From Myxococcaceae bacterium (GTDB taxonomy: Bacteria; Myxococcota; Myxococcia; Myxococcales; Myxococcaceae), in contig JAEUJQ010000037.1 in assembly GCA_016793095.1 (NCBI GenBank), forward strand, positions 140,244-204,243: 64,000 nucleotides of DNA, read 5' to 3'. Shown here in pieces: positions 1 to 9,629 of this stretch (the stretch's first letter is position 1; the number at the start of each line of letters is the position of its first letter). The translations under genes were made by a program, and so were the position numbers. Below the pieces are notes generated by a model, which saw nothing but the letters and a program-made list of their open reading frames with translations, ran no database searches and was not told where the DNA came from.

Positions 1-1333
1 ACGAATCGAGGTCCACGCGCAAGCCCGGCACCACCATGAGCCGCGTGGTGCCGAAGGGCGCCCAGGTGTCCTGCAGGAAGGCCGAGACGCGGCCGCGCCG
101 CCGGGTGCCACCGAGGATGCGGGGCGACGCGAACTCCTCGCCCAGCACCTCGACGCCGGCGAGGGCCTTGTGCCGCTCGAAGAGCGTCACCTCGTACATC
201 GTCATCGCCTGCACGTTGCGGTCGGTCGAGTCCTGCAGCTGGTCGAGCGCCGACGAGTTGCGCTGGTCGAGCATGAAGCGCCGCCACCACAGGTTGAGGC
301 CAGCGGTGACGGACAGCCGGCCGGGGCCCAGCGGCAGCGCGACGTGCGCCGAGCCCTCTCCGAGGATGTCGTTGGCCCCGCGGTCGAACACGGCGCCGGT
401 GCTGTTGGCGTCGACGCCGCGCTGAATGCGCCACAGGCCCGCCGCGCGCAGGTCGGCGAAGACGCCCTCGCCCGTCATGCTCCCGTAGGTGCCGCGCACG
501 CTGCCCTGCGAGTTGCGGAAGCTCGAGCCGCTCGTCTGCACCGTCGAGGGGTCGAGGTCGAAGGCGTCGCGCTGGCGGTACGTGTACGAGCCGCGCACCC
601 CCCACTTCCCCCGCGACAGCTCGGTCGAGGCGCGCGCGTCGAGCTGGTTCAGCAGGCCGTACGACACGAGCCCGCTGGCGCCGAAAGGGCGCTGGGGCTG
701 GCGGGTGACGAGGTGTACGACGCCGGCGAGCGCGTCGGCGCCCCACAGCACCGACGACGGGCCCTTCACCACCTCGAGCTGCTCGATGTCCTCGACGGAG
801 TAGCGGCTGATGTCGAGCTGCCCGTTGACGCGCCCCACCGCGCGCTGCCCGTCGATGACGACGAGGTTGTACTCGGGCCCGAGGCCCTGCATGCGAATGG
901 TGGTGCCGCCGAGGCTGGGGAACAGCTCGACGCCGGCGCGGGCCTGGAGCGCCTCGGTGAGGTCGCGCGCGCCCGACTCGAGGATCTGCTTGCGGGTGAT
1001 GACCTCGGTCGGCACCGGCGCGTCGGACAACCGCGAGAGCGAGCGGGTCGCCGTCACGACCGTGGTGAGGCGCTCCTCGGCCGGCTCGACGCCAGGCTCG
1101 ACGCCAGCGTCCGGCACGGGTGGTGCGTCCGCAGCGAGCGGCGCGCCTGCATCAAGGAGCGCTTCAGGCGCCAGCCCGCCGACCCCGAGCGCCTGGGCGC
1201 CCGCCTCGCCCACCGGTGGCGTGGCGAGCCCTCCGTCGTCCTGTCGCAGCTCGAGGCCAGCGTCAGCCGCGTCGACGTCTCCGCCGTCGGCGAGCTGCGC
1301 GAGGCTGAGGGTGAGGACGAGGCTGGCGAGCAC
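1..1333 (-). CDS. TonB-dependent receptor, N-terminal part. The gene runs off the window start. It has a signal peptide, then a plug domain with VVTATRS..TPTLALL-like and DGQRAVGRVNGQ..VEVVKGPSSVLWGADALAGVV motifs.
   Basis: Minus-strand translation, read by eye, gives MLASLVLTLSLAQLADG... (GTG start near 1333). It is followed by a classic TonB-box/plug region (ITRKQILESGARDLTEALQ..GVEL, IRMQGLGPEY, VVIDGQRAV). No in-frame stop before position 1. The ORF track misses it because it is truncated. Confidence 0.7.
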   Translation of the reverse strand, partial: MLASLVLTLSLAQLADGGDVDAADAGLELRQDDGGLATPPVGEAGAQALGVGGLAPEALLDAGAPLAADAPPVPDAGVEPGVEPAEERLTTVVTATRSLSRLSDAPVPTEVITRKQILESGARDLTEALQARAGVELFPSLGGTTIRMQGLGPEYNLVVIDGQRAVGRVNGQLDISRYSVEDIEQLEVVKGPSSVLWGADALAGVVHLVTRQPQRPFGASGLVSYGLLNQLDARASTELSRGKWGVRGSYTYRQRDAFDLDPSTVQTSGSSFRNSQGSVRGTYGSMTGEGVFADLRAAGLWRIQRGVDANSTGAVFDRGANDILGEGSAHVALPLGPGRLSVTAGLNLWWRRFMLDQRNSSALDQLQDSTDRNVQAMTMYEVTLFERHKALAGVEVLGEEFASPRILGGTRRRGRVSAFLQDTWAPFGTTRLMVVPGLRVDLDS

Positions 1334-1336
1334 GGC

Positions 1337-2167
1337 TCACGGCCCGGGGATGTAGGCCCACTTGATGCGGAAGTTCGCGGCGCCCGAGGGCTGCGGCACG
1401 TTGCCCGTCGCGTTGCACGTCATCTGCGGGCCCGGGTCGTAGTAGCTGAGCACCTGGAACTTCACGTAGCGGCCGTCCTTCAGGTGCAGCACGAAGACGT
1501 TGCCGGTCATCTGCACGCAGCTCTGGTAGCTCCAGTAGCTGGTGAGGGCTGCGTTCGGGCCGCCGATGCCGCTCGGGTCAGGAACGAACTCGCACTGAAT
1601 GCCGCCGTCGGCGCCCGCGGCGGTGGTGAAGTACTCCTCGGTGCGCCACGACAGGCCGGCCGGCACCTGCGTGAGGCCGTCGAAGGTGGTGCCCGGGGCC
1701 GTGCGCGCGGCGGCGACGCACGAGGGACCGCCGACGCCGGAGTTGATGCGGATGACGAAGCGGCGGAACGCGAGGTCCCAGTCCATCGACCGCAGAGCGG
1801 CGTCGTCGTTGATGTCCACCTTCTGGAGCGCCTGCGGAGTGAAGCGGACATAGACGTACGCCTCGGTGGCCGCCATGCCGCCTGCGCGCGCGTCGATGTG
1901 CGTCGTCACCCCGGGCGTCGCGCCCTCTTCGGTGATGGTCCCGGTCGAGACGGCAGCGCGGAAGTTGAGGCGCTGAATCGACTGGTCCTCGCACAGCACC
2001 GTCGTCGGCATCGTGCAGCGCGGCATCGGCATCACGCCAGCGTCGACACCCGCGTCGACGCCAGCGTCGGGCGGCGCGCCCCCGTCCACCACCATCGGGG
2101 TGGGACCGCAGGCGACGAGCGCCGTGGTGAGCAGAGCAGGGAGGCGGGACCGGGAGAGCAGGTTCAT
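1337..2167 (-). CDS. Hypothetical lipoprotein. Lipobox LVAC follows MNLLSRSRLPALLTTALVAC. There is a Gly/Asp-rich linker with DAGV repeats.
   Basis: ORF 1337..2275 (-). An internal Met gives a canonical lipoprotein signal. The gene sits 3 bp upstream of the TonB-receptor start, so it is probably co-transcribed. No recognisable enzymatic motif. Confidence 0.55.
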   Translation of the reverse strand: MNLLSRSRLPALLTTALVACGPTPMVVDGGAPPDAGVDAGVDAGVMPMPRCTMPTTVLCEDQSIQRLNFRAAVSTGTITEEGATPGVTTHIDARAGGMAATEAYVYVRFTPQALQKVDINDDAALRSMDWDLAFRRFVIRINSGVGGPSCVAAARTAPGTTFDGLTQVPAGLSWRTEEYFTTAAGADGGIQCEFVPDPSGIGGPNAALTSYWSYQSCVQMTGNVFVLHLKDGRYVKFQVLSYYDPGPQMTCNATGNVPQPSGAANFRIKWAYIPGP

Positions 2168-2286
2168 GAGGCGTCGGCGGATAGCCGAAGACACCCCCTG
2201 CTGTGTCATCAAATCGTCGGGTGCACCCCGCGGTGAGGCGTCGCCGCGCGTGACAAGGCTGGCCCTCCGAAGCATGAGGAGCGCTG

Positions 2287-3822
2287 ATGCTCACCCCCCT
2301 CGCCCTCGCCCTGGCGCTGTCGCAGGTCCCCACCACGGCGTTGCTCATCGACGCCGAGCCCGCCGCGGCCGTCTCGTTCAAGGACGGCGACACGTGGCTG
2401 CGCGCGCGGCGACTCGGCACCGCCACCTCGGGGCGACGGCTGGTCGCGCTCGAGACCCCCACCGGCTCCTTCGACGCAGAGGTCGGAAGGAACGCGCTGG
2501 TGGTGCTGCGCCGGCCCCTGGCTGCGGGGGCGCGGGTCGAGGTGGTGCGCGAGCTGTGGCCCGAGCGGGGCCTGCTGCAGCTGCGCTCGACGGACCCGGC
2601 GGAGGACGGGCTGGCGCTCGCGGGCCGGCTCTCGGCGCACGCCGACGTCGACTGGGCGGCCCCCGACTTCTTCTTCGAGCACCGCCTGAGCGACTTCGCG
2701 GTGCCGCCGAACGACGCGCGCTACGTGGGCCAGTGGTACCTGCGCAAGCTGAACGTCGAGCCGGCGTGGCGCATCACCGTCGGCGACCCCTCGGTGACGG
2801 TGGCCGTCGTGGACAACGGGTGCGACCTGGCCCACCCCGACCTCGTCACCAACCTGCGGCCTGGCCGCGACGTGGTGGACGGCGACGACGACCCGTCTCC
2901 AGGCGGCGCCGCCGCGGGGGCGAACCACGGCACGGCCTGCGCCGGCATCATCGCCGCTGAAGGCAACAACGGCATCGGCATCTCAGGCGTGTGTCCGCGC
3001 TGCACCATCCGCTGCATCCGCATGCTGGCCGAGCGCGGGCAGATGGTGCCGGTCTCGGCCGACGTGGACGCGTTCCGCGCGGCGCTCGACTTCGACGTGG
3101 CGGTGGTGTCGAACAGCTGGGGGTTCGTGCAGTCGATTCCGGTGCCCGCCGCGCTCGCCATGGCCATCCGCGAAGTCGCGACACGGAACCGCGGAGGCCG
3201 GGGCGCGATGGTGCTGTTCGCGGCCGGCAACGACAACCGCGTGCTCGCGGCGAACGAGCTGTACACGCTGCCAGAGGTCATCACCGTCGGCGCCGTGAAC
3301 AACTTCGACGAGCTCGCGCCCTTCTCGAACCGGGGCGCCGCCGTGGACGTGGTGGCGCCGACCGGCACGTTCACCACCGACCTCTCGGGCCCGGCAGGCG
3401 AAGACCCGGGGGACTACACGAGCCTCTTCGGGGGCACCTCGGCCGCGTGTCCTGTCGCGGCGGGGCTGGCCGGCCTGCTCGTCTCGGCCCAGCCCGACGC
3501 CGGCCGCGCTGAGCTCGACCGCTGGCTCATCGGCACCACCCGCCGGGCCCCGTTCGCGCGGGCCACTGACGGAGGGCATGACGTCGAGTACGGCTACGGC
3601 ATCATCGAAGCGACCCGCGCGCTCGAGCGGGCGACGGGGCGGGAGGACGCGGGCGTGGTGGACGCGGGGGTCGATGCGGGGCCCGTCATGGTGACGCCGC
3701 TGCCGCCCTCGCTCGGGCCGGCGACCGGCTGCGGCTGTTCATCGACGGGCGCGGGCTGGCTGCTGGGGCTCGCGCTGGTGGCGCTGCGCTCGCGTCGGCG
3801 CCGCGCGGCCAACGAGCGCTGA
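2287..3822 (+). CDS. Secreted subtilisin-like serine protease (peptidase S8) with a C-terminal MYXO-CTERM-type sorting tail.
   Basis: The catalytic triad motifs are present: VVDNGCDLAHPDL (Asp), ANHGTACAGIIAA (His), FGGTSAACPVAAG (Ser). The C-terminus GCGCSSTGAGWLLGLALVALRSRRRR is Cys-rich, then a TM helix, then an Arg cluster, as in MYXO-CTERM. Confidence 0.9.
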   Translation: MLTPLALALALSQVPTTALLIDAEPAAAVSFKDGDTWLRARRLGTATSGRRLVALETPTGSFDAEVGRNALVVLRRPLAAGARVEVVRELWPERGLLQLRSTDPAEDGLALAGRLSAHADVDWAAPDFFFEHRLSDFAVPPNDARYVGQWYLRKLNVEPAWRITVGDPSVTVAVVDNGCDLAHPDLVTNLRPGRDVVDGDDDPSPGGAAAGANHGTACAGIIAAEGNNGIGISGVCPRCTIRCIRMLAERGQMVPVSADVDAFRAALDFDVAVVSNSWGFVQSIPVPAALAMAIREVATRNRGGRGAMVLFAAGNDNRVLAANELYTLPEVITVGAVNNFDELAPFSNRGAAVDVVAPTGTFTTDLSGPAGEDPGDYTSLFGGTSAACPVAAGLAGLLVSAQPDAGRAELDRWLIGTTRRAPFARATDGGHDVEYGYGIIEATRALERATGREDAGVVDAGVDAGPVMVTPLPPSLGPATGCGCSSTGAGWLLGLALVALRSRRRRAANER

Positions 3823-3963
3823 GCCGGCGTCGCCGCGCTCCCTCACCGCTCACCTGATCGGAGCTCCGTCGCCTCGCGACCGGCATGGACCACCTGCGCC
3901 CGCCACGGCTCGACGGCATCGAATCAAGTGAGGCCGGTGCCAGCGCCTGTGCTGTGCCGTACC

Positions 3964-4530
3964 ATGCGCCTCTTCACCCCTGGCCTCGTCGTCGGGCTGC
4001 TCGTCAGCCACGTCGCCCGCGCGGGCGACTGTCAGACGCATCCGCTCAACGTCTACGAGCTGCAGGTCACGAGGTGCGAAGCCCTCGACGTGAAGAACGC
4101 GCAGAAGGTGAGCTTCTCGAATTCGCAGCTCGAGGCCCGGGGCGTGAAGCCGGCCGACGTTCAGGCCGCCTTCGCCGTGCTGGTGCTGCGAGCCGGCGCG
4201 GCCTTCGTCCTCGAGGGCACGCTCACACGTTCGACCCGCATCACCTTCGAGAGCGGCCTCCGCCATCCAGCATCGGCCCCGACCCCGCCCCAGGTGAGCG
4301 CCTGGCGCGTCGAGGACCGACCGGTGGCCGTCCTTCTGCAGCCGACCCCGTCCGCGAAGCCGGGCGTCGATGCCTGCTCGCAGTACGCGCGGGGCCCGAC
4401 GGTGCTGGTCGAGTTCCCGACCAATTGCTCCTGCGACACCGGACCGCTCAACGGCCAGTGGTGCTGGCTGAACGAGCGCGCCCCGGTCCGCGAGGCGGCG
4501 GCGGCGACGAAGAAGCTGCTGAAGCTCTGA
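3964..4530 (+). CDS. Hypothetical secreted protein. The signal peptide is MRLFTPGLVVGLLVSHVARA.
   Basis: ORF 3928..4530 (+). An internal Met gives a good signal peptide. It is Cys-containing. The composition is non-artefactual (K, F, N, Y present). No recognised domain. Confidence 0.5.
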   Translation: MRLFTPGLVVGLLVSHVARAGDCQTHPLNVYELQVTRCEALDVKNAQKVSFSNSQLEARGVKPADVQAAFAVLVLRAGAAFVLEGTLTRSTRITFESGLRHPASAPTPPQVSAWRVEDRPVAVLLQPTPSAKPGVDACSQYARGPTVLVEFPTNCSCDTGPLNGQWCWLNERAPVREAAAATKKLLKL

Positions 4531-4550
4531 CCTGAGTGCTTACGACGCCG

Positions 4551-5246
4551 TCAGGGCGGGTCCTTGCGAAAGACGTAGCCGCGCGAGCGCACGGTGACGA
4601 AGCGCCGCGGGTTCTCGGCGTCCTTCTCGAAGAGGCGCCGCAGGCGCACGATGAAATTGTCCACCGTGCGGTCGGTCGGGAACTCGTCCTGCCCCCAGGC
4701 GGCGTCGAGCACGTCGTTGCGCGAGAGCACCTGCCCCTCCTTCGAGAGGAACAGCTGCATCACCTTGCGCTCCTTCTCGCTCAGCACGGTCTCGCCTTCG
4801 CTGGTGTGCGCGATGCCGGTGTCGAGGTCGAGCCACCAGGGGCTCAGGTCGACGCGCTTCGTCGAGGGACTGGCGCCCGCGCCCTTTCGACGAAGCAGCG
4901 CGCGGATGCGGGCGAGCAGCTCTTCCGTGTGGAACGGCTTGGTGAGGTAGTCGTCGGCGCCGCAGTCGAGCCCGTGCACCTTGGCGCCTACGTCGTCGCG
5001 CGCCGTCAGCATCACGATGGGCAGCTCGTGGCCGGCCTTGCGGGCGAGCCGCGCCAGCTCGAAGCCATCGCCACCCGGCAGCATCACGTCGAGAATGGCC
5101 AACTGGTACGCGCCCGACAGCAGCGCGTCGCGGCCCTCGTTGAACGTGCCGGCGCGGCGCACCTCGAGGCCCATCTGCGACAGGTTGAGCGCCAGCATCT
5201 CCGACAGCAGCACGTCGTCTTCCACCAGCAACACCGGGACACTCAT
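4551..5246 (-). CDS. OmpR/PhoB-family two-component response regulator (receiver + winged-helix).
   Basis: VLLVEDD..., the receiver Asp in LAILDVMLPGGDGF, and the conserved Lys in GADDYLTKPF are all present. The C-terminal winged helix reads TVDNFIVRLRRLF..VRSRGYVF. Confidence 0.9.
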   Translation of the reverse strand: MSVPVLLVEDDVLLSEMLALNLSQMGLEVRRAGTFNEGRDALLSGAYQLAILDVMLPGGDGFELARLARKAGHELPIVMLTARDDVGAKVHGLDCGADDYLTKPFHTEELLARIRALLRRKGAGASPSTKRVDLSPWWLDLDTGIAHTSEGETVLSEKERKVMQLFLSKEGQVLSRNDVLDAAWGQDEFPTDRTVDNFIVRLRRLFEKDAENPRRFVTVRSRGYVFRKDPP

Positions 5247-6271
5247 GACCTCACCTCAGCACGCTGGAGCCACAGGTGAAACGACGCGCCCTTGCCGGGG
5301 CCCGCGCTCTCGGCGACCAGGTCTCCACCCATCTGCCGCGCGAGCTGCCGCGACAGGTGCAGGCCCAGCCCGCTGCCATGGGTGACGCCCTCGTGACTGC
5401 CGGCGCGTTCGAGCTCGAACAGCCGCTCGGCGTCCTCCGGAGGAAAGCCGCGCCCCGAGTCGGCCACCGAGATGCGCACCCGCCCGTCCTCGAGCGCGCT
5501 CGACACCGTCGTCTTCGCGCCGCCGTACTTGCGCGCGTTGTCGAGCAGGTTCTCGAGCACCACACGCACCGCGTCGCGGTCGGCCTTCACCAGACAGCTC
5601 TCGAGCTCGCCGAGCCGCACCTCTTCGCCGACGTGCGCCGCCTTGCGGTGGTCCACGATGGTCAAGACGAGGCTCATCGCGTCCTCTCGGCCGAGCGTCT
5701 TCGGGTCCACCGCGCGGCTGCGCTGCATCACCAGCATCGAGTCGGTGAGGTGCTCCAGCGCGTCGCACGCCTCGAGGCCGTGGTCGAGCAGGCGCCCCTG
5801 GCTGTCGGGAGGCACGCGGCCGGCCTTGAGCGCCTCGAGCAGCGCCTTCAGGCCCGCGACCGGCGTCTTGAACTCGTGCCCGGTGAACTGCAGCAGGCGC
5901 GTCATCTGGTCGTTCCTCTTCTGCCGCTCCCGCGCCACCAGCCACAACCCGACGACGAGCGACGCCAGCGCCGTCGCCAGCACCACCGACTCGCCGACGA
6001 TCATCACGGTGAGCCGCTCGGCCCGCGCGATGGCCTCGGCGGACTGTGACGCGTCCACCACGATGGAGAGCGCCTGGTTCTCGCTGATGAGCCGCCGGCT
6101 GAAGACGTTCCACCAGCTCACCAGCGAGCCGATGATGGTCAACGCTCCAAGCAGGAGCGCCAGGTCACCCCACTGCACCGGACGTCGAGCGCGCACGCAA
6201 CGCTGGCTAGTGCGCCCTCGGCCGCCGGGTGTCACGTCTTCGTCAGGAGGCACGGTCCCTGCGTTGTTCAC
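5243..6271 (-). CDS. Sensor histidine kinase (HisKA + HATPase_c). It is the partner of the downstream response regulator, with an ATGA overlap.
   Basis: H-box HEFKTPVAGL, N-box LLDNARKYG, G-boxes DSGRGF and GSGLGL, and a TM segment near the N-terminus. The exact start is uncertain. Confidence 0.85.
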   Translation of the reverse strand: MNNAGTVPPDEDVTPGGRGRTSQRCVRARRPVQWGDLALLLGALTIIGSLVSWWNVFSRRLISENQALSIVVDASQSAEAIARAERLTVMIVGESVVLATALASLVVGLWLVARERQKRNDQMTRLLQFTGHEFKTPVAGLKALLEALKAGRVPPDSQGRLLDHGLEACDALEHLTDSMLVMQRSRAVDPKTLGREDAMSLVLTIVDHRKAAHVGEEVRLGELESCLVKADRDAVRVVLENLLDNARKYGGAKTTVSSALEDGRVRISVADSGRGFPPEDAERLFELERAGSHEGVTHGSGLGLHLSRQLARQMGGDLVAESAGPGKGASFHLWLQRAEVRS

Positions 6272-6364
6272 CCGCGCTGCACCGCAAGCCCTCAGAACCT
6301 CGAGTTTCCCTCCGCACGTTGCCAGTCAAACGCCAGTCACTTTTGACTATCAAAGGAGCCTGCC

Positions 6365-7786
6365 ATGCTAGACCTCGCGATGAGAACCCAGACGCAGAAG
6401 ATCCGTGTGTTGGAGCCGGAAGCCGAGCGCGAGCGCCTGGTGAGAGGGCTTCGCGTCATCCGCCACGGGCAACCGGTGCTCGAGCTGCCCTTGTACCCCG
6501 ACGTCGAGTACGTCTTCGGGCGCAGCGGTGAGTCGAGCGTCGTCTTCTCTGACGACGCGGTGTCACGGCAGCACGGCCGGCTGTGGTGTGACGCGAGCCT
6601 GCGTTGGGTGTACCGCGACCTCGCGTCGAGCAACGGCACCTACCGATGTCCGCACAGCCAGCCCGACGCGCGCCTCGAGCTGAAGGGCTCGACGCCGGTG
6701 CCGGTCCAGGTGGGGGACGAGCTCTGGTTGGGCACCGAGCGGGCGCGGCTCGTGTTGCTGGGTGAGCCTCCGCAGGGCACGCACGCGCGGACCGACGCGA
6801 GGGTGGTGTCGAAGGCGGCGCAGGTCCTCGAGCAACGGCTGGCCGCCGCCGCGTGCCACGAGCTTCCGGTCGTGCTCATCGGCCCCTCGGGCGCGGGCAA
6901 GACGTGGGCGGCGCGGCGCATTCACGAGCGCTCGGGCCGGAAGGGGCCCTTCATCCTCGTCAACTGCGGGGCGCTGCCACGCGACGCCTCGGCCCTGCAG
7001 AGCGAGCTGCTCGGCCACGTGCGAGGCGCGTACACCGGCGCGACCAGCGAGCGGCGCGGCAAGTTCTTCGCCGCCGACAACGGCACGCTCTTCCTCGACG
7101 AGGTGGAGTCGATGCCCCGCGAAGCGCAGGACTTCCTCCTCGACGTCCTCGAAGGCACGGGCGTGTTCTCGCCCCTCGGCGCCCCGGCCGACGCACGCCA
7201 TGAGGCGCCACGCTTCCGGCTCATCTCGGCTACCAAGACGCAGCTCGGCGCTTCGGCGCTCCGCAAGGACCTGGTGCAGCGGCTGTTGGGCGACCACCTC
7301 GTGCTGCCGACGCTGGCGGACCGGCGCGACGACATTCCCGGGCTGGTGCACCAGTTCCTCGCCGCGCTGCGCGCCGAGCGGAACCTCGACGCCGATCTCA
7401 CGCCCGAGGCGCTCGCGCTGTTGCTCTCGCGGCCCTGGCCCGGCCAGGTGCGTGAGCTCAAGCGTGTCATCGACGCCACCATCATCCAGCAGGCGGCGCA
7501 GCGGCAGGCCAGCGGCCTCGACACCGAGCGGCTCCTGCTGGGTGTGGAGGCGCTCGCCGCGTACTTCGCGGAGCAGGCGCAGGTGCTGGGTGAAGCGTCC
7601 TCGCCCGTCGCGCTGGCGCTCGAGGAGCCCCCTCCGACCCGACAACACGCCCGCAAGCGGCCGGCAGACATCACCCGCGAAGAGGTCGAGGCCGCGCTCG
7701 CTCAGCACGGCGGCAACAAGACGCACGCGGCGCGGGCGCTGGGCATGGCGCTCAACACGTTGAAGGCGAAGCTGAAGTCGCCGTGA
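6365..7786 (+). CDS. Sigma-54-dependent transcriptional activator (enhancer-binding protein) with an N-terminal FHA domain.
   Basis: The FHA region is FGRSGESSVVFSDDAVSRQHGRLW...DLASSNGTY. The AAA+ sigma-54 interaction domain has Walker A GPSGAGKT, the GAYTGA motif and FLDEVESMP. The C-terminal Fis-type HTH is HGGNKTHAARALGMALNTLKAKLK. Confidence 0.9.
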   Translation: MLDLAMRTQTQKIRVLEPEAERERLVRGLRVIRHGQPVLELPLYPDVEYVFGRSGESSVVFSDDAVSRQHGRLWCDASLRWVYRDLASSNGTYRCPHSQPDARLELKGSTPVPVQVGDELWLGTERARLVLLGEPPQGTHARTDARVVSKAAQVLEQRLAAAACHELPVVLIGPSGAGKTWAARRIHERSGRKGPFILVNCGALPRDASALQSELLGHVRGAYTGATSERRGKFFAADNGTLFLDEVESMPREAQDFLLDVLEGTGVFSPLGAPADARHEAPRFRLISATKTQLGASALRKDLVQRLLGDHLVLPTLADRRDDIPGLVHQFLAALRAERNLDADLTPEALALLLSRPWPGQVRELKRVIDATIIQQAAQRQASGLDTERLLLGVEALAAYFAEQAQVLGEASSPVALALEEPPPTRQHARKRPADITREEVEAALAQHGGNKTHAARALGMALNTLKAKLKSP

Positions 7787-8074
7787 GCCCGCCTCCCTCG
7801 GCCTCGATCCTCGACTCGACTCGCGCGGCCTCTTCTGCCTCGAGCGGGGGCAGGCTCTTCGAGCCGTTGCAGAAGCCGCCAGCGGGGCGCAGGTTCGTCG
7901 ACCCGATGCAGCAGTCGCCCGCCTGAGACGGAGCCCGACCTCGAGCTGCCCTTCGCCCTCACGGAGCCGCCCGCAGGCTGTGGCGTTGATTTCGCGCGGC
8001 CGTCGGCTCAACATCGCGCACCTCGCGGGAGGGCTCATGAACCACCAACACGTGCACGCGCCGGTGACGTCGTC

Positions 8075-8509
8075 ATGAGCGAGCTCGACCCGTCTGCCCT
8101 CGCGAAGGCGTCCCGGCTCTTCGAGGCCCTGGACGCCGAGGGCCGCAAGGAGCTGCTGTCGCGCGCGGGCCGCCAGAAGTTCCCGGCCGGTCACGTCCTG
8201 TGCCGCGAAGGTGACTCCGGCGACGTGCTCTACGTCCTCGCGAAGGGCGACGCGCGCGTCACCGTCGATGACCTCGGCGCCGAGAAGGAGATTGGCCGGC
8301 TGAGCTCGGGCCAGTTCTTCGGCGAGCAGGCGATGTTGTCGGGCTCGAAGCGACAGGCGACGGTGACGGCGCTCACCGAGCTCGAGGTCGTCGCGTTCCC
8401 GCGAGCAGCAGTGGACGCGGTGCTCGGGAAGAACCCTCGGGCGCGCACGGTGCTCGCGACCGCGGGGCTGCAGCGGTCGGAAGAGGCGGCCCAGAAGCTG
8501 TTGGAGTAG
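8075..8509 (+). CDS. Cyclic-nucleotide-binding (cNMP/CAP-effector) domain protein.
   Basis: Phosphate-binding cassette-like FGEQAML..., plus FPAGHVLCREGDSGDVLYVLAKGDARV. This matches the cNMP-binding domain pattern. Confidence 0.8.
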   Translation: MSELDPSALAKASRLFEALDAEGRKELLSRAGRQKFPAGHVLCREGDSGDVLYVLAKGDARVTVDDLGAEKEIGRLSSGQFFGEQAMLSGSKRQATVTALTELEVVAFPRAAVDAVLGKNPRARTVLATAGLQRSEEAAQKLLE

Positions 8510-8533
8510 CGCGCCCGGCCGCGCGACGACGAG

Positions 8534-9511
8534 TCAGCGCCAGCACTCGTCGTAGCCGATGGCCACCTCGCCGCCACCAGCTGGACAGAGGTCGAGCTCG
8601 AGGCTGCCCTGCGGGTACGTGCTGTCAGGCGGGGTCGCGCGGAAGGTGCTGGGCTGGCCATTCACCGTCACCCGCACGCGGCGGTTCCGGTCGATGGGCC
8701 GCTTGAGGGCGACGATGCAGCGCTGGTTCACCAGGCGCCCGGCGGTCGTCCGCAAGATGTTGGCGTAGTCGGTCGTGCAGAGCGCGAGCGTGCCGTCCTT
8801 CCCGAAGAGCGTCGGCAGCGTCGCCAGCCGCCACCCACGCACCAGCCCGGGGAAGAGGCACCCGTCCAGCCCGACGATGGAGGTCACCGAGACCCGCTGG
8901 TCGCCCGTCTTCAGGCCCCGCAGGAAGGGCGGAAAGTCGGACAAGGGGAAGCTGGACTGGTCGTCCTCGTCGCCGAGGATGATGAGCGCGAGGTCGGCGT
9001 TGCTGCGCAGGAAGTCCTTGTTGTCCGAGCTGAGCAGCGGCTCAGACAACGCGGCTCGCGCCGAGGCGAGCGCGCGCTCCTGGGCGCTGCCCTCGCTGCC
9101 GACGTTCACCAGGTTGGAGAAGGCGGCGTCGATGTTGGGCGTCTTGTCGGTGATGAGGGGGCCCGCGAAGCGCCCCTGCCGCGTCTCGTCGTCCATGTCC
9201 GTCGTCACTGCCGCGATGCGGAAGTCCACCTGGTTCGCGCGGAACGAGCCGAAGAAGGCCTGGAAGTTCGACGCCAGCGCCGACTGGTCGTCCTCCATCG
9301 AGCAGGAGTCGTCGATGACGAAGAGCACGTCGATGGGCTGTCGCTTGAAGGGCTCGAGCGGGTACGTCTCGGTCGCCGCGACCTTGCAGCCATCGGGCGG
9401 GACGAAGACGTTGGTGGAAGCCTCCACCACGTCCGGGACCGGTGGGGGCTCGAGCAGCTCGGTCCGGCCGCAGCCTGCGAGGACGACGATGATCAGAGCT
9501 CGAACGTTCAT
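8534..9511 (-). CDS. Lipoprotein with a vWA-like MIDAS motif (DxSxS).
   Basis: An internal Met gives MNVRALIIVVLAGCG (lipobox). The motif VLFVIDDSCSMEDD is MIDAS-like. The ORF track gives 8534..9568. Confidence 0.55.
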   Translation of the reverse strand: MNVRALIIVVLAGCGRTELLEPPPVPDVVEASTNVFVPPDGCKVAATETYPLEPFKRQPIDVLFVIDDSCSMEDDQSALASNFQAFFGSFRANQVDFRIAAVTTDMDDETRQGRFAGPLITDKTPNIDAAFSNLVNVGSEGSAQERALASARAALSEPLLSSDNKDFLRSNADLALIILGDEDDQSSFPLSDFPPFLRGLKTGDQRVSVTSIVGLDGCLFPGLVRGWRLATLPTLFGKDGTLALCTTDYANILRTTAGRLVNQRCIVALKRPIDRNRRVRVTVNGQPSTFRATPPDSTYPQGSLELDLCPAGGGEVAIGYDECWR

Positions 9512-9629
9512 GTGCGCGACAGTCGGTCGGCCACCAGGCCGTATTTCAACCACACCCCGGCCCGTCAACGCGAACGGGCCCGGTCGATTTCACGGGGCCC
9601 CCGGGAGCCGCAGGCGCTAGAGCCGCGCC

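Noticed and set aside
170-2236. 688-aa plus-strand ORF, one of many long opposite-strand ORFs. Others include 9546..12761(-), 12628..13974(+), 31463..34477(-), 34534..36867(+), 55239..56768(+), 61815..63599(+), 24667..26418(-) and 15810..16940(+).
   Set aside because: They are antisense or out-of-frame to genes with clear domain signatures. The products are Arg/Ala/Gly/Pro/His-rich with no motifs. This is the typical stop-codon-poor frame artefact of about 70% GC DNA.
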